A stretch of DNA of 64,000 nt from NCBI GenBank assembly GCA_963666315.2, contig CAXXHG010000036.1, positions 32,001 through 96,000 of the forward strand. Reading direction: 5' to 3'. Below the pieces are notes generated by a model. The model saw only the letters and a program-made list of their open reading frames with translations. It ran no database searches and was not told where the DNA came from. Origin of the DNA: Candidatus Binatia bacterium (lineage in GTDB: Bacteria > Desulfobacterota > Binatia > Bin18). Numbering within the stretch: the first letter of the stretch is position 1; each line of letters begins with the position of its first letter. A program made the translations under genes and the position numbers. Shown piece by piece: positions 41,039 through 51,052 of the stretch.

Positions 41039-42214
41039 ATGGATGCGAAGTCCGGCGCCCGCGAACGCTTTGCGCAATCGCAACAGGACCTTATAACACT
41101 CAGTCATCGTATCCACGCCCGTCCCGAGTTAGGCTTTGAGGAAGAAAAAGCCGCTGCCTGGATTTCAGAAGCACTCACTGACGCGGGTTTCAGTGTTGAG
41201 ACCGGCATCTGCGATATGCCCACCGCTTTTGTGGCGCGCGCGGGCAGCGGCCCGCTGCACATTGGCATCTGTGCGGAATATGACTGTTTGCCCGGCATTG
41301 GGCATGCCTGCGGCCATAATATTATTGCCGCAGCTGCGGTTGGGGCGGGGATTGCTGCGGCCAAGGTGGCAGACGAAGTCGGACTGACGGTGAGCGTTCT
41401 GGGCACACCGGCGGAAGAAACTGGGGATGCGGGCGGCAAGATTCTCCTCTTAGAACGAGGCGCCTTCACAGATGTGCATGCCGCGATGATGGTACATCCT
41501 GCTCCCATGGATGTCGTTGATCCGTCTATTATCGCCTGTTCCACATTTCATGTGCAGTACACCGGCAAAGAAGCCCATGCCTCAGCTTTTCCTGAACGCG
41601 GCATCAACGCAGCCGACGCCTTCACTGTTGCCCAAACTGCCATTGGCCTCCTGCGTCAACACATTCGCCCAACTGACCGCATTCACGGCATTATTACTAA
41701 CGGTGGGGACGCACCAAATGTCATCCCCGCCCATACCGAAGCCACCTACATAGTCCGAGCCAAAACATTAGACGATTTGGATGAGATTAAAGAGAAGGTC
41801 CAGCGCTGTTTTGAGGCCGGCGCGCTGGCGACAGGCTCAAAACTCAAAATCGTCGGTGGCCATAAACCCTACGCTGAGCATCGTACGGATCAAGATATGG
41901 CGGCTATCTATCAACGCAACTCAGAAGCGCTCGGGCGTAGCTTCCCTGAGCGTGGCCCAGCTATCGAACGTGTCGCCGGCTCAACCGACATGGGTAATGT
42001 GTCCCTCGCCCTGCCCTCACTCCATCCGTTTATCGGCATCGACTCCTTGCCGGCCGTTAATCATCAGCCCGAGTTCACCGCCCACTGTACTACTGAAGCC
42101 GCCGACAAAGCCCTCATCGATGGAGCGCTGTCTATGGCTTGGACGGTGATTGATATGGCAACGGATACGAAGATTCGTGAGCGGTTAATACATAGGCAGA
42201 CACACGCCATATAA
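41039..42214 (+). CDS. M20 amidohydrolase (PM20D2/AbgB-like), copy 1
   Basis: PELGFEE, AEYD, GHACGHN, TPAEE, GSTDMGN. Confidence 0.92.
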   Translation: MDAKSGARERFAQSQQDLITLSHRIHARPELGFEEEKAAAWISEALTDAGFSVETGICDMPTAFVARAGSGPLHIGICAEYDCLPGIGHACGHNIIAAAAVGAGIAAAKVADEVGLTVSVLGTPAEETGDAGGKILLLERGAFTDVHAAMMVHPAPMDVVDPSIIACSTFHVQYTGKEAHASAFPERGINAADAFTVAQTAIGLLRQHIRPTDRIHGIITNGGDAPNVIPAHTEATYIVRAKTLDDLDEIKEKVQRCFEAGALATGSKLKIVGGHKPYAEHRTDQDMAAIYQRNSEALGRSFPERGPAIERVAGSTDMGNVSLALPSLHPFIGIDSLPAVNHQPEFTAHCTTEAADKALIDGALSMAWTVIDMATDTKIRERLIHRQTHAI

Positions 42215-42229
42215 AGAATAGGGGCTCTC

Positions 42230-42619
42230 CTATCCAAACAAGATCAAGCCCAGTATGACGACGGCAAAATACGCAGCGACAACAGCGGCGCCAGCATAGT
42301 CTTTAGCCAAACGTTGACCGAAAAAGAGGCAGAGTAAAGAAATAGTTGAGAATACCAATCCCCATACCGCCATCCCCGTCCCCAGGCCAAGCAAGATTTG
42401 GATTGCGCCTATTCCACTCACCACTCCGGCAATCGACTCCAGCACGGTGATGGTCCAGAACATCGTGGGAACCAGACTGGACAGTGGACTGTCGGCAAAA
42501 TGGCCGCCAAAGAATTCGATGTTGCCTGCGCTGTCCATCCATTTATCCGCTGCGGATTGCAAAAACGCGATGGCAAAAAATGCTGTGACCGTCAGTTGTC
42601 CAAACCATACCGCATCCAT
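42230..42619 (-). CDS. DoxX-like membrane protein
   Basis: FLQSAADK, FFGQRLAKDYAGA; four TM segments. Confidence 0.8.
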   Translation of the reverse strand: MDAVWFGQLTVTAFFAIAFLQSAADKWMDSAGNIEFFGGHFADSPLSSLVPTMFWTITVLESIAGVVSGIGAIQILLGLGTGMAVWGLVFSTISLLCLFFGQRLAKDYAGAAVVAAYFAVVILGLILFG

Positions 42620-42819
42620 GTCGTACCTCCTTTTTTCCCGCCTCTTCTCGGGGAGACCCCGCCTTCATGTACCATGTTCTTTCCGGCACGTCGATTTGGG
42701 CGAGGTAAAGTGAGTGGATTTCACCCATCAGCCCTGTCTTAAAAAGGCAAAGTCATACTGCTGCTAGACGCTGCCAAGCCACCTATGGTAAAGCGGATGA
42801 GTCTAAAAAGGAGAACCAC

Positions 42820-43998
42820 ATGGACGCCAAAGCAGGAGCCCAAGAACGATTTGAGAGCGCGCGCGATGACCTCATTGCTCTGAGTCATCGCATTCATGCT
42901 AACCCGGAAGTTGGCTTTGAAGAGGAAAAAGCCGCAAGGTGGCTCTCGGAAACGTTGGCAGATGCAGGCTTCTCGATAGAGACCGGCATCTGCGACCTAC
43001 CCACCGCGTTTATCGCCCGGGCGGGTAGCGGCCCGCTGCATATTGGCATCTGTGCCGAATACGACAGCCTGCCTGGCATCGGCCATGCCTGTGGTCATAA
43101 CATCATCGCCGCAGCGTCGGTTGGAGCGGGTATTGCCGCGGCGAAAGTCGCTGATGAAGTAGGCCTAACGGTGAGTGTGATTGGAACGCCGGCTGAGGAA
43201 GTCTGCGATGCCGGCGGGAAAATCCTGCTGCTGGAGCGCGGCGCGTTTGAGGGCCTGCACGCAGCCATGATGGTCCATCCCGCACCCATGGATGTTGTTG
43301 AATTTCCGATTATTGCCGCTTCGATGTTCGAGGTGTGTTATCACGGCAAAGAGGCGCATGCCTCAGCCTTCCCCGAACGCGGTATCAATGCCGCTGACGC
43401 TCTGACCGTGGCGCAAACGGCCATTGGTCTGCTGCGGCAACATATTCGTTCGACCGACCGGATTCACGGCATCATTACCAAAGGCGGCGAGGCGCCGAAT
43501 ATCATTCCGGCCCACACCGTGGCCAAATATATTGTTCGAGCAAACACGTTGGCGGATCTCGACGAGATCAAAGACAAGGTTTTGAAATGTTTTGAGGCTC
43601 GGGCGCTGGCGACCGGGTCTACACTCGAAATCCTTGGCGGTGAAAAACCATATGCCGAGATGCTGCACGATCCGGATATGGCAGCCGCCTACCGACGCAA
43701 TGCGGAAGCCCTGGGTCGGACGTTTCCCGATTTCGGTCCTGCTACTCAGCGTGCAGCCGGTTCAACCGACATGGGCAATGTGTCGCTTGCCATGCCGTCG
43801 ATACACCCCGCCATAGGCATAGATTCTCTGCCTGCGGTGAATCACCAGCCTGAGTTTGCGGCCCAGTGTGTAACGCCGGCAGCGGATAAAGCCATCATCG
43901 ATGGAGCGGTCTCCATGGCCTGGACTGTTGTTGATTTAGCCAGGGATCCGACGATCCGAGAGCGCTTATTGGAGCGCATCATGCTGCCCGTCAGCTGA
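42820..43998 (+). CDS. M20 amidohydrolase, copy 2 (paralog)
   Basis: Colinear with copy 1 over its whole length; same motifs. Confidence 0.92.
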   Translation: MDAKAGAQERFESARDDLIALSHRIHANPEVGFEEEKAARWLSETLADAGFSIETGICDLPTAFIARAGSGPLHIGICAEYDSLPGIGHACGHNIIAAASVGAGIAAAKVADEVGLTVSVIGTPAEEVCDAGGKILLLERGAFEGLHAAMMVHPAPMDVVEFPIIAASMFEVCYHGKEAHASAFPERGINAADALTVAQTAIGLLRQHIRSTDRIHGIITKGGEAPNIIPAHTVAKYIVRANTLADLDEIKDKVLKCFEARALATGSTLEILGGEKPYAEMLHDPDMAAAYRRNAEALGRTFPDFGPATQRAAGSTDMGNVSLAMPSIHPAIGIDSLPAVNHQPEFAAQCVTPAADKAIIDGAVSMAWTVVDLARDPTIRERLLERIMLPVS

Positions 43999-44499
43999 CA
44001 CATCATGCAAAATAATGTGACGCGGGGCACTATCAGAATGATAAATTTTACTGTTATCCGGGGAGAATCCGATCCCATTGGTGATACCTACATCGCCGTA
44101 CATTTCAACAACGGTGCCTTCAGCCTCGATCCGCCACAGTTCACCCGGCACCTGGCTCTTCAACGTAAACGGATCGGACCGCAGGGCCCCAACAAGGACG
44201 CGGCCCTGCGGATCGGTAAATAAATCGTTGAAGCCGGGAATGTCGTCGCGCTGAAACAAAATGCGCGTCGCACCGTCTTTGCCGTGACACACATTCTTGC
44301 CGGAAATGACTACGCCCCCGTCGGCATGCAGTGCAATCCCGCCTACCCCGCGACGGCGCGGCACGACGGTCGAAATCTCACCGCCCGGCGCTCTGCAATA
44401 TACGCCACCATTGGTGACATCACTGAAAAACAAATTCCCGGCGTCATCGACGCGTGGGCCTTCAAGCAGTCCGTAGCCGGAAGCAATCGTTTCGAGCAT
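43966..44499 (-). pseudogene. SMP-30/gluconolactonase, C-terminally truncated
   Basis: LEGP, FND, TNGIGFSPD present; ends at ~177 aa without the PDG blade and overlaps the M20 3' end. Confidence 0.75.
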
Positions 44500-44683
44500 A
44501 GTCGCCCTTTTCAACGCCGACTCTGCAGGGCATTGGAATCGGTTCACAGGCTATAAGATCGCTTTTGACTGTCAAGGGCAAAGGCTGGTGTGAACAGGGA
44601 GCTTGCTCAACGAAAGGCTTGCACAAGCGGGTCGAAGCGGAGTATAGAGCACGAAGAACTAAGCTGCTCGACAAGGGGGACGT

Positions 44684-46366
44684 ATGGCATTCAATCCCAA
44701 ACATTCCAGTCACATTATTACACACGGACGAGATCGCGCTCCGGCCCGGTCGATGTTCAAGGCCATTGGTTTTACAGATGACGATCTGGCAAAACCCCTC
44801 GTCGGCGTTGCCCACAGCTGGATTGAGACCATGCCGTGCAACTTCAATCAACGCCGTCTGGCGGCCAAGGTCAAAGAAGGCGTGCGCAAAGCCGGCGGTA
44901 CCCCCATGGAGATCAATACTGTCGCTATTAGTGATGCCGTGACCATGGGCACGGAAGGTATGAAAGCCTCGCTGGTGAGCCGTGAGGTTATTGCCGATTC
45001 GATCGAGCTGGTTGGCCGCGGCTATATGTTCGACGCCATGGTTGTCGTTGTCGGCTGTGACAAGACTATCCCGGCTGGCGCTATGGCTCTCACCCGCCTC
45101 AATGTGCCCAGCCTGCTGCTGTATGGCGGTTCCATTGCCCCCGGCCGTTTTCAGGAGCGAGATATCACCATCCAGGACGTTTTTGAGGCGGTTGGTGCCA
45201 ATGCGGCCGGACGGATGGATAACGCAGATCTCAAACACATAGAAGATTTTGCCTGCCCGGGCGCAGGCGCATGCGGGGGACAATATACAGCAAACACCAT
45301 GGCCACCGTGATGGAGTTCATCGGCCTGTCTCCCATGGGTACGTCCAGTGTTCCTGCCACAGATGCACGCAAGGACACCGTGGCCGTTCAATGTGGACAG
45401 CTCGTTATGGATCTCCTGCGCAACAACATCCGTCCTCTGGACATTCTCACCCGTCAAGCGTTTGAAAATGCGATTGCCTGTGTTGCCGCGACCGGGGGCT
45501 CGACCAACGCCGTCCTGCATCTATTGGCCATGGCCAGGGAAGCTCACATCCCGCTGCACATTGATGACTTTGATACGGTGAGTCGCCGCACGCCGCTCAT
45601 CGCGGATCTCAAGCCAAGTGGGAAATACGTTGCAGTGGATGTAGATCGCGCCGGCGGCATTCAACTCATTGCGCAGCGTCTGCTAGAAGGCGGACTCATC
45701 GACGGCGAACAAATGACCGCTAGTGGTACGACGCTGGGGACGGAAGCTGCCAAGGCCGTAGAAACTCCCGGCCAAGACGTCATTCTGCCCCTGCTCAATC
45801 CACTCAAATCAACAGGTGGTCTGGTCATTCTCCGCGGCAACCTCGCGCCTGAAGGATGTGTGGTCAAAGTCGCGGAGCATGAACGCCACTATCATAAGGG
45901 ACCAGCTCGTATTTTCGACCGTGAAGAAGATGCTATGGCTGCCGTCACCCAACAAAAAATAAAACCGGGTGATGTAGTCGTCATCCGCTATGAAGGTCCC
46001 AAAGGCGGCCCTGGTATGCGTGAAATGCTGGGCGTCACTGCCGCGATTGTGGGAGAAGGCTTGGGCGAGTCGGTGTCTTTGTTGACCGATGGACGCTTTA
46101 GTGGTGCGACCCGTGGCCTGATGGCCGGTCACGTCGCCCCCGAGGCTGCAGTCGGTGGACCAATCGCAGCCCTCCAAGAAGATGACATGGTTGTCTTCGA
46201 CATCGAGCATCGTCAACTGCAGGTCGAATTGAGCGAGGAGGAGATCCAGACGCGCTTGGCCAACTGGCAGCCTCCTGCGCCTCGTTATACTACGGGTGTG
46301 TTTGCCAAATATGTCGCGCAAGTTTCGTCGGCGTCGGAAGGGGCAATAACGCAGCCGAATTTATAG
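44684..46366 (+). CDS. ilvD: Dihydroxy-acid dehydratase
   Basis: PCN, GCDKT, GACGGQYTANTM, GGSTN, GGPGMREM, TDGRFSG. Confidence 0.97.
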   Translation: MAFNPKHSSHIITHGRDRAPARSMFKAIGFTDDDLAKPLVGVAHSWIETMPCNFNQRRLAAKVKEGVRKAGGTPMEINTVAISDAVTMGTEGMKASLVSREVIADSIELVGRGYMFDAMVVVVGCDKTIPAGAMALTRLNVPSLLLYGGSIAPGRFQERDITIQDVFEAVGANAAGRMDNADLKHIEDFACPGAGACGGQYTANTMATVMEFIGLSPMGTSSVPATDARKDTVAVQCGQLVMDLLRNNIRPLDILTRQAFENAIACVAATGGSTNAVLHLLAMAREAHIPLHIDDFDTVSRRTPLIADLKPSGKYVAVDVDRAGGIQLIAQRLLEGGLIDGEQMTASGTTLGTEAAKAVETPGQDVILPLLNPLKSTGGLVILRGNLAPEGCVVKVAEHERHYHKGPARIFDREEDAMAAVTQQKIKPGDVVVIRYEGPKGGPGMREMLGVTAAIVGEGLGESVSLLTDGRFSGATRGLMAGHVAPEAAVGGPIAALQEDDMVVFDIEHRQLQVELSEEEIQTRLANWQPPAPRYTTGVFAKYVAQVSSASEGAITQPNL

Positions 46367-46389
46367 GGGTTAGGGGATTGGGGTTGGGG
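46366..46389 (+). repeat. G-tract array GGGGTTAGGGGATTGGGGTTGGGG starting in the ilvD stop codon
   Basis: Four G4 runs with 2-3 nt loops. Confidence 0.8.
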
Positions 46390-46500
46390 ATAGGACAGAG
46401 AGATCGGTTGCCAATCTATAGCGAACTGGACTATAAGACTGACAGAGTAACGCTAAACTGGCACTGCGCAGCGGTGCCCAAAGAAAACAGGAGGTCGTTC

Positions 46501-46893
46501 ATGACTATAGAAGCAAATAAAGGACTTGTTCTTGGTTTATTTGAGAACCTCTCAGCGGGCAAAATCGAAGCAGTCCTTGATGCCATGACTGATACTGCCA
46601 CGTGGTGGGTTGCCGGCAATTTCGAACTGTCGGGCACGAAGACCAAGGCGGAATTTGCCGAGTTGTTAAAAGGCGTCACTTCCGCCATGCCGAATGGGCT
46701 GAAGATTACTCCCAAGGTTGTTATTGCGGAAGGAGATCGGGTTTCAGTCGAGGCCGAATCGTATGGCGAGATGGCCAACGGCAAAGTCTACAACAACCAG
46801 TATCACTTCATGATTGAAGTCCGCGACAGCAAGGTTCAAGCCGTGCGTGAATACCTGGATACAATTCACGCCAAAGAAATTTTGGTTGGCTAG
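46501..46893 (+). CDS. NTF2/SnoaL-like protein
   Basis: IAEGDRV, YNNQY, VREYLDT; RBS AGGAGG. Confidence 0.9.
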   Translation: MTIEANKGLVLGLFENLSAGKIEAVLDAMTDTATWWVAGNFELSGTKTKAEFAELLKGVTSAMPNGLKITPKVVIAEGDRVSVEAESYGEMANGKVYNNQYHFMIEVRDSKVQAVREYLDTIHAKEILVG

Positions 46894-46900
46894 AATTCTT

Positions 46901-47064
46901 AGAGTGTGTCTAATAAGTGTCTCTGTGGCCAAAGCCCGAGCGAAAGCAGCATGACCAAGGCGCCCGAAGCAGCTATATCCGCTGTGATATGGCGATGCAG
47001 GGCAACGCTGGACATGCTGCTTGCAGCTGGGCGACGCCCAGAATGTACTTTTCGGACACGCTCT
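46901..47064. mobile_element. MITE-like element
   Basis: Imperfect terminal inverted repeats AGAGTGTGTCTAATAAGT / AGAGCGTGTCCGAAAAGT (reverse complement), TTA-like flanks, internal AGCAGCATG/CATGCTGCT. Confidence 0.7.
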
Positions 47065-47087
47065 TAAGGGCGACACATGCGTCGTCC

Positions 47088-48404
47088 CTATTCCGGGATA
47101 TCAAATCCCCCGGGCACTCTGCTATCGGTCCGCCTCCCGCGCGAACGGCGCTGAGATACCACACTCGTCCATTTCCGATACGGAGCATCATCCACCTTCG
47201 CCACTGCGTCAGCCTTAATCCCACTAATCAACGACGTACCGTCGTGAGTCTTCTTGACTAAGAACACACCTGTCACGCGACAAATTTGGCCCTGCTTAAA
47301 AGACGGTGTCCCCTGGATAAAAACAGGCATAGAGCCGCTCTCATCTTGCAGTTTGAACTTCCGGTACGTCTTCTCCCCGTAACGCGTAATGAGCGTCGTC
47401 ACTTGACCAGTGACACTGACCAATTGTCGATCAAATCTAGGCGGGTCGGACAGCAGCTCGCCTACCGCATAGACTGGGGCGTCATAAACGACCTGCTCAA
47501 CAGAGTCCGGAGCCTCGGCATCCGACTCAGAGGACTCCGCGACTAACGGTGGAGTTTCTTCAACCGATGCAACCGCATCAGCAGGTCCAATCGATTCAAT
47601 CGCTTTGGCCACAATGCCGCTGACCTGACCGGAACCGTCCCGCGTAGGTTTCACCACATACACACCATCCACGTGATAGGTTGCACCCTCCGTTAACCGT
47701 TTCGCACCGTGCATAAAGACCGGGATGCTGCCGCTCTCATCTCGGAGTTTGAACTTCGTGTACGCCTTCTCGCCTTCTTCGATGCTCAGCCTCGTTACCC
47801 GTCCAGTGGCGCTCACCTCCTGGCGATCGAAGAATGAAGGATAATCAAGCAGTTCGCCGACTGTGGTGCTTGGCGCATCAGATTCCGCTTCCAGATCCGA
47901 TGCGGCCACTACCACACGCTCAGAATAATTTTCAACAGGCTGTATCGTTTTCGTGACAATGCCGCTGATTTGTGTGGAACCGTCACCGCTGGGTTTCACC
48001 AGAAATACGCCGTCTATTTGGTAGATCTCAGCTCTATTAATGTGTTGCACGCCGCGCATAAAGACCGGGATGATGCCGCTCCCATCTTGGAGCTTAAACT
48101 TCGTATATGGCTCGTCGCCTTCTTCGATAATCAACGTTGTCACCTGCCCGGTCACACGCACCTCCTGCCTGTCAAATATTGAGGGATCGGACAGCAGTTC
48201 GCCCACAGTGTGAGGCCATGCCGAAAGCGGAAGGAGGACGACCACTAGCAAGGCGACGCCTATAAGGCTGCAGCGGGCTGCCCTCCTGCGAAAAGGACAG
48301 CCACACACGGCTGCTCCTATTATTCTGTGCAGAAAGGGCGGTAGCCCATGCACTCGGAATCTCTCCCCCATATGTGTCGTGTCGCAGTCTCGCCCTACGG
48401 CCAA
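47088..48404 (-). CDS. Exported protein with three tandem OB-fold-like repeats (start uncertain)
   Basis: Three copies of VGELL..P..FDRQ.V..TG.VT.L....G...Y.KFKL.D.SG..PVF after a hydrophobic signal segment. Confidence 0.75.
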   Translation of the reverse strand: MAVGRDCDTTHMGERFRVHGLPPFLHRIIGAAVCGCPFRRRAARCSLIGVALLVVVLLPLSAWPHTVGELLSDPSIFDRQEVRVTGQVTTLIIEEGDEPYTKFKLQDGSGIIPVFMRGVQHINRAEIYQIDGVFLVKPSGDGSTQISGIVTKTIQPVENYSERVVVAASDLEAESDAPSTTVGELLDYPSFFDRQEVSATGRVTRLSIEEGEKAYTKFKLRDESGSIPVFMHGAKRLTEGATYHVDGVYVVKPTRDGSGQVSGIVAKAIESIGPADAVASVEETPPLVAESSESDAEAPDSVEQVVYDAPVYAVGELLSDPPRFDRQLVSVTGQVTTLITRYGEKTYRKFKLQDESGSMPVFIQGTPSFKQGQICRVTGVFLVKKTHDGTSLISGIKADAVAKVDDAPYRKWTSVVSQRRSRGRRTDSRVPGGFDIPE

Positions 48405-49708
48405 AACATCTTCTTGGCGGCTTTTTGCAATTCCGGCTGAAAATCCGGATGGGCAATACTGATCAGCGCTTCGGCCCGTTGACGTTGTGTCTTCCCCTGG
48501 AGATTGACGATGCCGAACTCCGTCACCACATAGTCCGTGTATTGCCGCGGAGTGGTGAGTGTACTGCCGGGTGCTAGCATAGGCGTGATGCGCGACAGCC
48601 TACCCGTGCGCGCCGTTGCCGGCAGGACCATGATGGACCGTCCGCCCTTGGAGTACATCGCACCCATCATAAAAGTCATCTGTCCACCGATGCCCGAATA
48701 CATTTGCGGCCCAACCGACTCGGCTGCCACTTGGCCAGTCAGGTCTATAGACAAGGTGCTATTCACTGCAACCTGGTTATTCTGCATAGCAATATTCGGT
48801 AGGGAGTTTGTATAGAGCACGCTGTATAACTCAAATGCCGGGTTATTGTCCACAAATTCTAAGTCAGCCCCACCGACAACCATGGCAGCGACAGCCTTCC
48901 CTTTATGTGTAGCCTTATATTTTCCAGTCGCAACCCCGCGCTTGACTAACTCGACATGGCTGGCGGTCATCAGCTCACTGTGAATGCCGAGATCGTTACG
49001 ATCCATCAGAAAAAGGCCGATTGCTTCAGAAATCGCGCCTATGCCCATTTGGACCGTATCTCCGTCACGGATCAGCGAGGAAGCGAACTCGCCTATCACT
49101 TCTAAGGTTCCCTGCTCTTCGTCAGGCGGAGGTGGCGTGCCAACCGGAAAAGGCTGGGTCTCTTCAACGAGGTGGTCAATCTCTGAAACGTGAATAAAGT
49201 TGTCGCCATGGGTTCGAATAAAAGACGGATCAACTTCCGCCACAAAATACTTCGCGGCCTGGGCAACGTCTTTGTTGTACCACAGGGTATTGCCGAAACT
49301 GCAATAGCCTTTTTCATCCGGCGGCGAGACAACGCCAAAGAATATGTCGGCATTCCACGTATTAGTCCGGCCTTGTTCCGCCTGCTTGGCGTACTGTGGA
49401 TAGTCGAGCGGCATGAAATCCACATAGTGCTTTTTCATACCCTCACGGCAGCCTTCAGCCACATAGTCAACAATCATATTGAACGACTGCTCATAGCCGG
49501 CTTCATTCCAGATGGGATGGCTATACAGCGGATAGCACTGGATAACGGTAACGTTCTCCAGCTGTCCATTCCGTTTTGCCAATGCGTCGAGAATTGGAAT
49601 AGGCGGTTTGCCGAGATGCAAGCGCACGAGCTGATCCGATTTGACCAGATTGGCCGCTTGCTCTGCTGTGAGCAGCTTATCCTTATATATGTGCTGCCAG
49701 GGTTCCAT
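48395..49708 (-). CDS. Acetyl-CoA hydrolase/transferase family protein
   Basis: QMGIGAI, DLGIHSE, IDLTGQ, SGIGGQ, VVTEFG, IAHPDF. Confidence 0.93.
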   Translation of the reverse strand: MEPWQHIYKDKLLTAEQAANLVKSDQLVRLHLGKPPIPILDALAKRNGQLENVTVIQCYPLYSHPIWNEAGYEQSFNMIVDYVAEGCREGMKKHYVDFMPLDYPQYAKQAEQGRTNTWNADIFFGVVSPPDEKGYCSFGNTLWYNKDVAQAAKYFVAEVDPSFIRTHGDNFIHVSEIDHLVEETQPFPVGTPPPPDEEQGTLEVIGEFASSLIRDGDTVQMGIGAISEAIGLFLMDRNDLGIHSELMTASHVELVKRGVATGKYKATHKGKAVAAMVVGGADLEFVDNNPAFELYSVLYTNSLPNIAMQNNQVAVNSTLSIDLTGQVAAESVGPQMYSGIGGQMTFMMGAMYSKGGRSIMVLPATARTGRLSRITPMLAPGSTLTTPRQYTDYVVTEFGIVNLQGKTQRQRAEALISIAHPDFQPELQKAAKKMFWP

Positions 49709-49951
49709 GCTTATCCTCCCGAACTCTTTATGCCGGCATCTTCTCCCCCGCCCTGCTAGGGAGAGGGCGTCGTCCACATAGTGGGCGCGGGTGAGGGTCG
49801 CTCAGAACAATTATTATCCGTTCCAAGACTCCGTCGATGTTTGTCAATACTTCATGGTTCCAAAAACGGAGGACCTGATAGCCTCGGTTGTCCAAGAATA
49901 AGGTCTAAAGTCAGGCTGCCTGTGCCGGGTGGATTTTTGTCTGGGACAGAA

Positions 49952-50194
49952 TTAGCTGTATGTTTTCCATAAGATACCTGTCGTCACTGCGACGAGATAG
50001 CCAACCATCCAACGGAGCACAGCGAGTTGTTTGTGAAGCTCTGCGAACTCTTTCTCAACACGCCGTTTCCACGGTGCATCCTGACTGGTATAGACGACTT
50101 CTGCTGCCGGCCGCGCTTTGTCTTCGCTCGCTCCAGCCTCTCTGAAGGCATCGTAGAGAGGGAACAATACCACCAAGCGGGAGAAAGTTTGCAT
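49952..50194 (-). CDS. Small coiled-coil plus C-terminal TM protein (DUF1640-like); N-terminus doubtful
   Basis: LYDAFREAGASEDKAR..LAVLRWMVG. Confidence 0.5.
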   Translation of the reverse strand: MQTFSRLVVLFPLYDAFREAGASEDKARPAAEVVYTSQDAPWKRRVEKEFAELHKQLAVLRWMVGYLVAVTTGILWKTYS

Positions 50195-50206
50195 ACGGGG
50201 ATTTCC

Positions 50207-50974
50207 TTACCCAACCAAGCTATGCCCGCCGTCAACGAACAGCGTCGTTCCAGTCATGAACGTGTTCGCGTCCGAGGCCAAAAAGATAATCGCGGGTTTG
50301 AGTTCTTTCGGATCACCGACCCGCTGCATCGGGATTTTGGTAATAATGCCCTTGCCGCCCTTCGTATCCCAAAAGTCGTGGTTCATGGGCGTATCAAAAT
50401 AGCCCGGACAGAGGGCGTGCACACGGATATTGTCACGCGCCCATTCCAGCGCCAACGTCCGGGTGAAGGATACGAGTGCCGCTTTGCTCGCACCATACGC
50501 CGCCATATAGCGGGCAACAATCTTAGCGAACAACGATGAGACATTAATAATATTGCCCTGCTTCCGCTTGGCCATCTCGGCTCCAACATGCTTGGAGCAC
50601 AGCACCGGGGCTTTCAAGTTGAGGTTCATGAACCGGTCCCACTCAGCCTCCTCAAGATTATGAACGGGCGTCGTGCCGCCAATTCCAGCATTATTGATCA
50701 GCACATCAATCTGACCGAACTCAGCCATGACCTGTTGCACCATAGCCTGAATGTCGGCGTCTTTCGTCACATCGGCGGCTACACCAATAATATTGCGTCC
50801 GGTTGCAGCCTTGATTTCAGCCGCAACTTTATCCAAATCAGCTTTCGTCCGGCTCACCAACGCCACATCAGCCCCGGCCTCGGCCAGGGCATACGCCATC
50901 TGTTCTCCCAGGCCCTTACTGCCGCCGGTAATAATGGCTGTTTTTCCACTTAAATCAAAATATGGTAGAGTCAT
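50207..50974 (-). CDS. SDR family oxidoreductase
   Basis: TGGSKGLG, NNAG, YGASK. Confidence 0.93.
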   Translation of the reverse strand: MTLPYFDLSGKTAIITGGSKGLGEQMAYALAEAGADVALVSRTKADLDKVAAEIKAATGRNIIGVAADVTKDADIQAMVQQVMAEFGQIDVLINNAGIGGTTPVHNLEEAEWDRFMNLNLKAPVLCSKHVGAEMAKRKQGNIINVSSLFAKIVARYMAAYGASKAALVSFTRTLALEWARDNIRVHALCPGYFDTPMNHDFWDTKGGKGIITKIPMQRVGDPKELKPAIIFLASDANTFMTGTTLFVDGGHSLVG

Positions 50975-50986
50975 AGTATTCCTTTA

Positions 50987-51047
50987 GGGGGTTAGGGACT
51001 GGGAGCTGGATCCAAAAACCATCCCCCAACACCCAATCCCCAACCCC
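50987..51047. repeat. Paired G-tract and C-tract arrays
   Basis: GGGGGTTAGGGACTGGG then CCCCCAACACCCAATCCCCAACCCC; the G-rich sense tract follows the acyl-CoA dehydrogenase stop. Confidence 0.7.
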
Positions 51048-51052
51048 AGTTC

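Noticed and set aside
44462-45520. 352-aa antisense ORF
   Set aside because: Shadow of ilvD with no motifs of its own.
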